Source: Chloroflexota bacterium
Lineage (GTDB): Bacteria; Chloroflexota; UBA11872; VXNJ01
NCBI GenBank assembly: GCA_965261345.1
Contig: OZ253449.1
Location: forward strand, 1,251,317 to 1,315,316
Direction of reading: 5' to 3'
Length of the DNA stretch: 64,000 nt
Shown here: positions 35,953 through 45,382 of the stretch, piece by piece
Position numbering within the stretch: position 1 is the first letter of the stretch
Layout of the letters: every line of letters starts with the position of its first letter
The notes under the pieces: model-generated
Seen by the model: only the letters and a program-made list of their open reading frames with translations
The model's database searches: none
Told to the model about the DNA's origin: nothing
Translations under genes and position numbers: made by a program

Positions 35953-37119
35953 TTGCGCGACCGCCCATTCGTCACCTTCAACGCCTGCCTCATGCTCTCA
36001 ATGGGCGGGTGGATACCAGTATTGACGCTGCTGGCGATATACATGCGCGAGCATCTGGGCGCCAGCGTGATCGCGGCGATGACCACCATATTGATAATCC
36101 AGGTTATTTCCACCGGGATGAGCCTGTTTGCCGGTTCATTCGCGGACCGCTGGGGCGGACGCCGGACCTACCTGGTTGGCGTCGCCGGGATGACGCTCTT
36201 TGCGGGGTTGTTGGGCGCAGTCAAGGAGAGCTGGCAGGTTATCGCACTGGCGCCGCTGGCGGGTCTGGTCGTTCCGTTCTACTGGACCGGAGTTAGCACC
36301 TATCTGTTGCAGGCGGTCTCCCCCGGGCGACGCGGCGCCGGGGCGGGCACCCTTGCCTTCATCACGTTCCTGGCGCCGGGCATTACCGGTCCCATCTTGA
36401 CCTTCTTTGGCCAGTCCATCGGGATATGGTTTACGGTGCTGGGCGGGGCCTTTTTGCTGGCTCTGGCCGGGCTGACGGCGGCGCGACTCTTGCCAGATCT
36501 AACCAAAGCCAACGCACGCCCGACGGGCGGGACCCAATTTGCATATTCCGACTATCCACGTTTTCTAACCGACCGCCACAACCTGGTAGCGGCCCTGGCC
36601 CGTTTGATGTCGGGGGCATCCTTTGGGCTGTTCCAACTGCTCTCGGCCCTGGTGCTGTTGGACCTGACCGGAGAGCTCTCGTCGGTGGGCCTGTTTCTGA
36701 CCGCCGGCGCTCTCGGCGGCGGCGCCTCGCAGATCCTCATCGGCGCGCTGTCGGATCGGATCGGGCGCCGCAACCTGTTAATTGCCACCAAATTGGTCGG
36801 GGCTACAGCGGCCTTGCTCTTCTGGCGCGGAGATGTCCTGCCGGCGCTGCTGCTCGGGTCGGCGATGCAGTTTTTCGCGCAAGCCGCTTTCCAGACGCTG
36901 ATTACGGCTGTCGCTGGCGATTTGGTCAAACCCCGCGACATCCCTGCCATATCAGGGTTGCATACAAGCATGTTTGCGTTCGGCATGGTCATCGGGGCCC
37001 TGACCGGAGGACTGGTCTGGCAGGTGGACGGGCGGCTCCCGTTTCTATTTATCGGCCTGGGTTTTCTACCTGTGGCGGCCAGCCTTTTCGTGCTACCGCG
37101 CAAGACTCTAAACGTTTAA
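35953..37119 (+). CDS. MFS transporter (paralog A)
   Basis: 388-aa polytopic protein about 65% identical to the next ORF. Confidence 0.7.
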   Translation: MRDRPFVTFNACLMLSMGGWIPVLTLLAIYMREHLGASVIAAMTTILIIQVISTGMSLFAGSFADRWGGRRTYLVGVAGMTLFAGLLGAVKESWQVIALAPLAGLVVPFYWTGVSTYLLQAVSPGRRGAGAGTLAFITFLAPGITGPILTFFGQSIGIWFTVLGGAFLLALAGLTAARLLPDLTKANARPTGGTQFAYSDYPRFLTDRHNLVAALARLMSGASFGLFQLLSALVLLDLTGELSSVGLFLTAGALGGGASQILIGALSDRIGRRNLLIATKLVGATAALLFWRGDVLPALLLGSAMQFFAQAAFQTLITAVAGDLVKPRDIPAISGLHTSMFAFGMVIGALTGGLVWQVDGRLPFLFIGLGFLPVAASLFVLPRKTLNV

Positions 37120-37303
37120 TGCCGGTAGCTAACTGCTTCATTCGGCGCGAAAGACTTCCTTACCGCGACTGACCGCCCGGACGGATGTTGACGATCATGG
37201 CGGTCGCCAAACCAGGCCCGGTAGGGCCGGATGGGGATGACACTTTGGAACTGGGGGCTGGAGTCCAGGCGGTTGGATTCCTCCAACTCAAGGATTACAG
37301 CAG

Positions 37304-38548
37304 GTGACCGAACCCCGCGACCCCTCGCCCGCAACGGAGTCGACTCCAATTCCGCCGCGGGTATCGGATCTGGCAAGCGGACTGCGTGGCCGCCCGTTCA
37401 TCGTTCTAAATCTTTGCTTTTCGCTCTCGGTTGGCGGCTGGACGCCGATGTATGCCCTGCTGGCGATCATCATGCGCGATCATCTGGGCGCCGGGGTCTT
37501 GGCGGCCATGACCGCATTCGTGGTCAGCCACACCATTGCGACTGGTGTGAGCCTGTATGCCGGCTCCTTTGCCTCCACTTGGGGTAGCCGCCGCGCTTAT
37601 CTGGTGGGGGTTGGCGGCTTGGTACTGTTTGCCGCTCTCCTGAGCGTGGCAAACGAGGGCTGGCAGGTAATCGCGCTGGCGCCCTTGATCGGATTGATGA
37701 TGCCGTTCCACTGGACCGGCGTCAACACCTACCTTTTGCAGGCAGTAAATGCCCGACGGCGTGGCACTGCGACCGGTATTTCGGCTTTTGTGATGGTGCT
37801 CGCCCCTGGCGTGTTTGGCCCGATACTGACGAACCTGGGCGAAGCGGTTGGAATCTGGGCGACGATATTGGCCGCGGCCGCGATAATGGCCCTGGCTGGC
37901 CTGGGCGCGTGGCGCTTCCTGCCCGATCTGGGTCCGGCCGAACCGATCTCGGGGAAGGCACTGCGTCCGTCGTTCGCGGCCTATCCGCGCCTCCTGGCCG
38001 GGTATGCGAATCGAATCATCGCCGGCGCGCGCTTGGTCGCCGGGATTTCGTTTGGTCTCTTCCAGTTGCTGTCGGCATTGGTGCTATTGGACTTAACCGG
38101 CGAGCTATCGTCGGTCGGCTTCTACCTGGCCGCCGGCGCAATCGGAGGCGGAGCGTCACAGGTGATCATCGGAGCTGCCTCGGACCGCTTCGGGCGTCGC
38201 AACCTGTTGGTACTTGCAATGTTGGTCGGCGCCGGCGCGGCGTTCCTCTTCTGGGGTGGCGGCACCCTTGGCTTGCTGCTGGTCGCCGCCACCATGCAAT
38301 GGTTTGCCCAGAGCGCATTCCAGACCCTGATAACGGCAATCAACGGTGATCTGGTTGCCGCTCGCGACGTGCCCGCGGTCTCCGGCTTGCACGTGGGCAT
38401 TTTTTCGTTCGGATTGATGCTTGGCTCGCTGCTCGGCGGGACGCTTTGGCAATTTGGATCGGGACTGCCGTTCATGATCGCCGGGTTGTGTTTCATTCCC
38501 GTGATCGTCAGCCTATTTTTCCTGCCGCAGCGAACCCTGGCTCGTTAG
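37304..38548 (+). CDS. MFS transporter (paralog B)
   Basis: 414-aa tandem paralog of 35953..37119. Confidence 0.7.
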   Translation: MTEPRDPSPATESTPIPPRVSDLASGLRGRPFIVLNLCFSLSVGGWTPMYALLAIIMRDHLGAGVLAAMTAFVVSHTIATGVSLYAGSFASTWGSRRAYLVGVGGLVLFAALLSVANEGWQVIALAPLIGLMMPFHWTGVNTYLLQAVNARRRGTATGISAFVMVLAPGVFGPILTNLGEAVGIWATILAAAAIMALAGLGAWRFLPDLGPAEPISGKALRPSFAAYPRLLAGYANRIIAGARLVAGISFGLFQLLSALVLLDLTGELSSVGFYLAAGAIGGGASQVIIGAASDRFGRRNLLVLAMLVGAGAAFLFWGGGTLGLLLVAATMQWFAQSAFQTLITAINGDLVAARDVPAVSGLHVGIFSFGLMLGSLLGGTLWQFGSGLPFMIAGLCFIPVIVSLFFLPQRTLAR

Positions 38549-39180
38549 CTCCGGACCGCGGCTGGAGATCGCCGGCGAATTTTGTGGGGAACGCCGAGCA
38601 GGCCACCGACTCAATCTGACGACCGTGATTGAATCTTGGCAGCGGATGGCGCCAAACGCTGACTTGGCTCCGCATCAGATGCTCCTCGGTCGAATTGAGA
38701 AGCATCAGGGGTTACAGGTTTCGGCAAGGGTCCGGCGGGCAACGCAGTTGCCCGCCGGGAAAACCTCGAGCTACTTCGCGTTTACCGTGATCCGAACTCG
38801 CGCGAAGATCAGGTCGTCCACGTGAACCACCCCTCTAGCCAGTGGCGGCCCACCACAACTCGAATATGCTTGTCCTCAAGGAGCAACCCAGTGGACTGGA
38901 GCCGGTGGTTACGGTCGAAATCAGCGAAGAAGACCGAATTGTTTTGTTCTGGCCACGCGGAATGTTTTACCCGACCTTGCTCCAATCAACCCGCCGGGTG
39001 GTTCGCATCAGCATGCTTTAGCACCATCTGGATCGACGCCAATCAATAACATGAACGCCGAGCGCAGCGGCGTTTGCGCTGCCCGATTTCCATCCGCGCG
39101 ACGCGGCGATTTCCAGGGGTTGGAAAAAGATCCAAGTTGGCGCTGTCGCCCGGTGCAGATTCGCTCTCAGGAGGGCAGCG

Positions 39181-39663
39181 GTGGCAAAAACCGTCTATCT
39201 TGCAAACCCATACGGCATGTCCGCCCAGCAAAAGTAATTACTCTTGCGGCCGATCGTTGCGCAATTGGAGGCGCTCGGATTGGGGGTGTAGGAGCCGTTT
39301 AAACGAAACAATCAATTTGAATTCATTGATTTCCATGACGAGGGATGGGCGTACCAGGTTGGCCAGCGTGACTTTGCGGACGTGCAAAACGCGAACGCAA
39401 CGTTCGCTGTGGTGAACGGGTGCCCGCCTGCCGAAGGCGTCATGATCGAGGTGGGGATGGCGATCGCGCTAAGGAAGCCGATATTCCTATTTCGGGATGA
39501 TATTCGGCGTGTTTCCGACACCGCCAAGTACCCGATCAACCTCATGATTTTCATCGGGTTGCCCGAGCACGGTTGCGAGGAACATTACTACACTGCAGTC
39601 GAAGAAATTTCCTCACCGCATAAAACGTTGGCTCTCTGGGCCGCTGATATGTCGTCGGATTGA
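39181..39663 (+). pseudogene. degraded second copy of the nucleoside 2-deoxyribosyltransferase-like gene
   Basis: Starts with GTG (VAKTVYLANPYGMSAQQK) and is then interrupted by in-frame stops and a frameshift. The C-terminal two-thirds (...AVVNGCPPAEGVMIEVGMAIALRKPIFLFRDD...) remains readable as ORF 39382..39663. The upstream 60 bp are also paralogous to the region upstream of 35075. Confidence 0.55.
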
Positions 39664-40012
39664 CTGCAGATTTAGTCGCTCGAATCCGGTTTACCTAGCT
39701 TTAATAGCAAAAGCAATTCCCCGGCCGAACCCGATGTGAGATGATTCACGTGCGCCTGCGACAACCAGGCGATGGTATTGGGCTATTTTTTCGAATTGGC
39801 CCTTATTCGATTGGGCGCCAATGCCCGAACGGTGCATGCCCGCAGTTCAAAATTGGGCCTGAGCCCACGGTGGCGCATACGAACGGTTGAGAATAAACAT
39901 CGACGACATGCGGCCTCACCGCGTTGGCCAAGAACCCAGGCTGCTGTGGTGGGCAAATGCCTAAGTTGAGTTCCACCCAGCCCTGCCAACGCATCCGACA
40001 GGGATCGATCTC

Positions 40013-41113
40013 GTGAAAATCACAAATGTCAAGGTCGAAATGTTCACTTGGCGATCGGAACCGTGGAAAACCGGCGTCGGAACGAACTTTGGGAATGCGC
40101 GGCAACTCGGGGTCGTGTGCATTGAAACCGACGCAGGAATCACCGGCAATTCATTTCTAGGCTCCTCGAACGTGGGTGCTGACCACTACGTCCCCGGACT
40201 GATCAGTTACCTCAAACCGCTCCTGATTGGCCGTAATCCACAGGACATTGGGGCCATCTGGTGGGACATGTGGAAGCAGGTTCGCTCGGTGTCCAGCCAC
40301 GCGATCGGCGCCATCGACATCTGTTTGTGGGACATCAACGGCAAGATTGCCGGCCTGCCGATCCATCGGCTGCTCGGCACCTGCAAGGATTCCGTGCCTG
40401 TGTACTCCTCGACCGCCTACTGGGAGGCCATTCCGGAATACGTTGAGGAAGCGCTACGTTTCAAGGCGATGGGCTGGACTGCCCACAAGATCCACCCTCA
40501 TGGAAACGCCAAGGCCGACATCGCGATTTGTCGGGCGGTCCGCGCTGCGGTCGGTAGCGAGATGAAGCTGATGCTCGACTCGATGTGGGCGTACCAGTAT
40601 GAGGACGCCTTGCGCGTTGGCCGAGTTCTTGAGGAACTCGACTTTTACTGGTACGAGGATCCCCTAGTTGAAGAGGACGTTTACAACTACGTCAAACTGC
40701 ACCAGAAGTTAGACATTCCGATCATGTCAACCGAATTTGCGCCCGGAAAGTTTTACGGGATGGCCAACTGGATTACCCAGTACGCGACCGATTTCTTGCG
40801 CGGCGATGTCGCAGTCATTGGCGGGATAACGCCGATGGTTCGGCTTTGCCATCTGGCCGAGGGTTTCAACATGAAGTGCGAAATACATCACGGTGGCAAC
40901 TCCCTCAACAATGTCGCAAACCTACACATTACGATGGCCGTGCCCAACTGCGAGTTCTTCGAATTCTTTCCCTGCAGCGGCGCGAATATGTACGGATTAG
41001 TCGAAGACATCGACATGGCCGGTGGGAGGGTTTCCGCTCCAACTGAACCCGGTCTCGGCTACCAGATCGATTGGGATTTTGTCCAACGGGAGTACATCGC
41101 AACCATCGAGTGA
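40013..41113 (+). CDS. enolase-superfamily protein (MR/MLE-like), third divergent member
   Basis: The AIDICLWDINGKIAGLPIHRLLG motif identifies it. Its GC content is lower than that of the tandem pair at 6.3-8.9 kb. Confidence 0.7.
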   Translation: MKITNVKVEMFTWRSEPWKTGVGTNFGNARQLGVVCIETDAGITGNSFLGSSNVGADHYVPGLISYLKPLLIGRNPQDIGAIWWDMWKQVRSVSSHAIGAIDICLWDINGKIAGLPIHRLLGTCKDSVPVYSSTAYWEAIPEYVEEALRFKAMGWTAHKIHPHGNAKADIAICRAVRAAVGSEMKLMLDSMWAYQYEDALRVGRVLEELDFYWYEDPLVEEDVYNYVKLHQKLDIPIMSTEFAPGKFYGMANWITQYATDFLRGDVAVIGGITPMVRLCHLAEGFNMKCEIHHGGNSLNNVANLHITMAVPNCEFFEFFPCSGANMYGLVEDIDMAGGRVSAPTEPGLGYQIDWDFVQREYIATIE

Positions 41114-41534
41114 ATTCGTAGATTGATGCGGTCGGGTCGGCGCCCTCGTGAGAGCATGGGGAATTCGCGACCGGAAAAAGATTGCGTATTCTGTGGTTTC
41201 AACAGCCTGGACAGACAGGTCTGCGGTCGGCTCAAGGCGATGTCGAAAAGGCGAGCCAACCAACGTCCAAAACACTGGCGTTTATATACGTAACTAGACC
41301 TACGCCGACTGCATCTCAAAATGCCCGGCGGATCTCATACACATGATTTTCGGCGCCGAGTCGCAGCCGATCGGCCAGACTCGCTCCCAGCGGAAATTGA
41401 CGCCGAGATCGTAACGGGTCCTCCATATAAGGAAGGGGGCTGCCGATTTCTGTTCAATCGCGCAGCCGACAGCGTTGCTGTGCGCACGTATCGCCTGGCG
41501 ACAACTGCTCTCCTAAAAGTAGTCTGAAAGGCGG

Positions 41535-43445
41535 TTGTCCGGCGGAGTCAAGTCAAGCAGTGCGAACCGAGAAGGAAGGAAGGCCATTGTGAGTGTGGTG
41601 ACAGCAGTGGCGGCCCTTGCCGCCATCAGCTTGCTTTTCGCGATGGACCCAGGCGGGGCAATCGCCGAAAGCGGCTTTCCCGACTTCCGGGAGATGGACT
41701 GGAAGCAGCTGGCGGTCTGGGGCTTCCGCACGATAGGCGTAGTCGTAGCGCAGCTGCTCTTCATCGTGCTGTGGTTGTGGCCCAAGTTCCGGCCCCCGCA
41801 GGCGTCCGAGGAGCATCGACGCCCGTGGGACTCGGGGCCCCCACAGCCCGGTTCAATGCCCGCGGCGGCGGTATCTGCGCTGGAAGGCCACATGATATGG
41901 AGTCCGACGCTGCTGGCCTCCATCATCGAGATGTGCCAGCGCGGCACGCTGCGAATCGAAGCCGTCGGAACAAGGGTCGGCTTCCTGTACCGGCTGTCTA
42001 GGCAGGCTCCCGTACAGCATGACTGGGAGCGGACGATATGCGAAAGCATGCCGTCGCGCGCCACAACTGTTGATGCGCTCCATGAAGCGGTAAAGAAGCG
42101 CGAGGATGCCATCGGCGACCAGATAGGGGACTACCTGCAGCATCGCGGCCTTTTCCATGACAATCCGTTGCGAGTCAGGAGGGAAAACGACGACGATGCA
42201 ATCGGATGGGGGATGCTGGCCGGCGCCTTGATGGGCGTTGGCAGCGGGCTTTGGGCGGCTCTGTGGCTGGACCAGTGGTGGGCGAACGCCCTGATCGGCG
42301 CGTTCACAGGTTTCGCATATTTGATGATGGCGCCGTCGATACGAACCGGCATGGTGCCGACAACGCAGAGGGGAGCGCATGAGATAAGTCAGTGGCTGGG
42401 CTGGAAAAAGACTCTGGCCGGATCTGCCCCGCCCTATGCCCAGCACCAAGCTGCTTCCATGTTGCCCTATGCCGTGGCGCTGAATGTGGCCCAGCCATGG
42501 CTTGACGTGGCAGGCTCGGCTCCGCCGTGGTTCGGATCAGGCAGCGCATCCTCCCTGCAGGGCGCCGACCTGGACGCGGCCTATCACGGTTTCATGCACG
42601 CGCCGGAGTGGTACCTGAGCGGAAGGTCGGGCGATGCGGCGAAAGCGGCCGCCGGGATTGGTCATGAGCTCGAGCTACTCGAATTGGAGTCGCCGGATAC
42701 CGGGAAGACCGTGCACAGGGAGACCGCCGACGAAATCCAGGACATAGCCCGTGATCCGGATTCACAGCACAGTTCTTGGGAAGGTGCGCGACCGCCACCA
42801 TCGGGCGGGTTTCAACAGTACAAGGGAGAAAGACTGATTGAGGAACCGAAGAGCGGCGGGGGCCTGCGCGGGTGCTTCATATGGGTGGTAAGCCTGGTAG
42901 GCGTAGGGGTGGTGGTCTTGGTCGTCCTGTTCAGCCTCGATGTGGTCTCGCCTCGCGACAAACCGTGTCCCTTGGACTCTCCCGCGATCCCGACGCCCGT
43001 GCAGATTGCGGTGGTCGGCGACCTGTTCCGCGATAAGTGCGTGAGGGTCGGTGGCACGGTCGTGTTCCAGGACACCTACGAGCTGGTGGTGGAGATGAAT
43101 CGGGGCGAGTACGTGCAGCGGGTGAACGTACGCGACCCGTCGCAGGTTCTCGAAGCGATCCCTTTTGGCCGCGTGGTGACTCTGGCTGGGCGGCTCATGG
43201 TGGAGGAGGACGGAGCATACGCAGTCCACTTCGTACCGGACCATAGATCGGACCGGGAGTGGTGGCGGAACCTCCGGGACAACCTTGAAGAGTTGTTCCA
43301 GGTTGCTGTGGGTGCGACAGGCTTTGGTGATGCAACGGGCCCGGCAAAACTGGGTGTCGCTGTTCAACCGGTCAATTCACGCACCACCCGCGCGGTTCTG
43401 ATTGGATATAACGACGACCGGCAAATTCTCGTCGGGCGACGCTAG
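41535..43445 (+). CDS. large predicted membrane protein, DUF2207 (YciQ)-like with an extra C-terminal domain
   Basis: It has N-terminal TM segments, a central region, and a TM cluster with ...MLPYAVALNVAQPW... resembling the DUF2207 signature, recalled from memory. A further TM helix and a ~190-aa C-terminal domain follow. Confidence 0.4.
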   Translation: MSGGVKSSSANREGRKAIVSVVTAVAALAAISLLFAMDPGGAIAESGFPDFREMDWKQLAVWGFRTIGVVVAQLLFIVLWLWPKFRPPQASEEHRRPWDSGPPQPGSMPAAAVSALEGHMIWSPTLLASIIEMCQRGTLRIEAVGTRVGFLYRLSRQAPVQHDWERTICESMPSRATTVDALHEAVKKREDAIGDQIGDYLQHRGLFHDNPLRVRRENDDDAIGWGMLAGALMGVGSGLWAALWLDQWWANALIGAFTGFAYLMMAPSIRTGMVPTTQRGAHEISQWLGWKKTLAGSAPPYAQHQAASMLPYAVALNVAQPWLDVAGSAPPWFGSGSASSLQGADLDAAYHGFMHAPEWYLSGRSGDAAKAAAGIGHELELLELESPDTGKTVHRETADEIQDIARDPDSQHSSWEGARPPPSGGFQQYKGERLIEEPKSGGGLRGCFIWVVSLVGVGVVVLVVLFSLDVVSPRDKPCPLDSPAIPTPVQIAVVGDLFRDKCVRVGGTVVFQDTYELVVEMNRGEYVQRVNVRDPSQVLEAIPFGRVVTLAGRLMVEEDGAYAVHFVPDHRSDREWWRNLRDNLEELFQVAVGATGFGDATGPAKLGVAVQPVNSRTTRAVLIGYNDDRQILVGRR

Positions 43446-43468
43446 CGGAAAAGGGGCCCGCCAAGTTG

Positions 43469-43687
43469 CTAACTGTCTGAGCTGCGTTTCGGCTTCCTTC
43501 GCCGCTTCCGGTCCGCATCGCGAAAGATCGCCCGCGCCAATTCCTTGGCGCTGCTAAGAAACTTAGCCGAAGGTTTGCCGCTGCTGCGTGCGCGGCGCGA
43601 CTGCTTCTTGGCGTCGCCTGACGAATCCTGCATTTGCCCGCCCCCTGTATACCACATATGGTAAAGGGGGTTAAGCCCTAGTAACAA
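43469..43687 (-). CDS. small highly basic hypothetical protein
   Basis: 72-aa ORF rich in K/R/S (...AKKQSRRARSSGKP...RKRRRKPKRSS) with no recognisable domain. It may not be a real gene. Confidence 0.2.
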   Translation of the reverse strand: MLLGLNPLYHMWYTGGGQMQDSSGDAKKQSRRARSSGKPSAKFLSSAKELARAIFRDADRKRRRKPKRSSDS

Positions 43688-43919
43688 CTATCGCAGGGCC
43701 GAGCAAAGTGTCTAGGAAAGTAGATAATCCCCAAAACACTGGACATAATGCAGTTTATGTCTTGTCGGACGCCAATTCATTGCTTCGCCCAATCAGTTTT
43801 TTCGAATTCCCGCGTCAGCTACCTGCATCTGCTAGCCTGCATCTGCTAAAACTCCACTTCGCCGGGTCAGCATCAAAATGGCCATTGTTGTGGCGTTTTA
43901 ACGTCCCGTAGCAGACTAG

Positions 43920-44702
43920 CTACGAAGGGTTGACCACCGAGGTAATCTCATCAGCGATTTCTTCAATCGTGTGCGTTGCGGTGCTCCGAGCCAGTTTGGC
44001 GGCGAGCGATGGACTGCGTTTGAGTAATTCTGCTTTGGTTAGGTTGTGCCAAATGGGCAGCAAAGCTTGGTCATCGTCTGAACTCAAGTCTCGGGAAACC
44101 AGCCCATCCAATTCGTACTGCGGCCACTCTTTATCGAAGAATTCCGGCGAAAGGACAACTACGCCGAAACGACTATTGGCCAATCCCGCGTCAATCTTCC
44201 TTCGGAGGTTTCCGCCAATTCGCAATTCGAATTCGTCGAACCAAACTCGCAAGTCTCGATCCTCGAGAGCCTGTGCCAGTGGCCGCACAATATCGTCCTT
44301 GTTTTCGCTGGCGTAAGAAATGAATACATCGAAAACTTGACTGGGTCCACCATTTTTTCCATTTGACTGGATTGACTGGTCGCGGACCAAAGAAGGGACT
44401 GATGAAAGCGGGCGCTCTCGAATTTCGGGTAGCGGACGAGGCAATATCCGAATGGAAGCGTTTGTACGCCCTTTTAGGCCCTGCATATCGACCGCCACAT
44501 GCCAATTCCCAGAGTGCGGTATTGCCAGGTGCACGGGTGATCGCCTAGCCATCCCACCTACATATTGGTGCTTGCGCCCGCTTTTGTATGCAGTGAAATT
44601 CGAGCTGTCCAATAGTTGGACGTTTGCCGCGTTCCCAGTGAGGGTGACTTCGACGACTTCGCCGCGTTCGCGGTATCCAATGTTGCTGTGAATGAAATTC
44701 AA
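43920..44702 (-). CDS. TIR-domain protein with an N-terminal DUF1883-like domain
   Basis: The C-terminal half reads FDVFISYASENKDDIV...VWFDEFELRIGG...FGVVVLSPEFFDKEWPQYELDGL, a bacterial TIR with a putative catalytic Glu in WPQYEL. The N-terminal ~100 aa (MNFIHSN...SNFTAYKSGRKHQYVGG...IPHSGNWHVAVD) resemble DUF1883. GC content is lower than the surrounding genome. Confidence 0.8.
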   Translation of the reverse strand: MNFIHSNIGYRERGEVVEVTLTGNAANVQLLDSSNFTAYKSGRKHQYVGGMARRSPVHLAIPHSGNWHVAVDMQGLKGRTNASIRILPRPLPEIRERPLSSVPSLVRDQSIQSNGKNGGPSQVFDVFISYASENKDDIVRPLAQALEDRDLRVWFDEFELRIGGNLRRKIDAGLANSRFGVVVLSPEFFDKEWPQYELDGLVSRDLSSDDDQALLPIWHNLTKAELLKRSPSLAAKLARSTATHTIEEIADEITSVVNPS

Positions 44703-45382
44703 TTCGCCGGTGCCCCGCGATACAAATGTGGGAACAAACTTAGCAATTGGACTTTGTGATTCGCCTGTCTTCCGGAGCCTTTGCGAACCGCCGAATTAAT
44801 CACTGCGCTCGCGGCACTGCACAGTCGTTCGGCTTGATTGGCGTTGCCTGTTTCGCTCGAGCGGTCGAGGCCTTGAATCGGGATTGTTCAAGAGAAAGTC
44901 AATCGTCATTCGGCATTAATCACGTTATGGCTAATCTGGTTTTTCTGGCAGCAGAGGTCGATGATAGGTAATTCTCCATTGAGTTCAAGCTTAGTCGGGG
45001 TGGAGACCATCCCGGACCCGAGCAAATCTGCCGATTTGAATAATACCGGCCTCAATGAACTGCCGGCCACGCTTGTGTGCGAATTGCACGCGGAGCGATT
45101 TGAGCAAATGTGACTGATCGCACCGAATTGAAATTTCTATAGCGAATATATATCCGTGCGGTAATTGATCGTCTGCGCGGCAATTGGCGCTCGGGCGATC
45201 AGGAGTCTGCGAGAAAGCCTCACACGTTGGATTTCTGGTCCAAAATTGATCCCGAATTGACGGGGTTTCGACCAAGAGTTTGACCCTTTGTTGCCAATGA
45301 TGGATCCACTCTGGCAATCCAGCGTCTTGACACCCATTAATCGAAACTCACCCAGGATTAGGTTCGGATTATTTGAGGCCCT

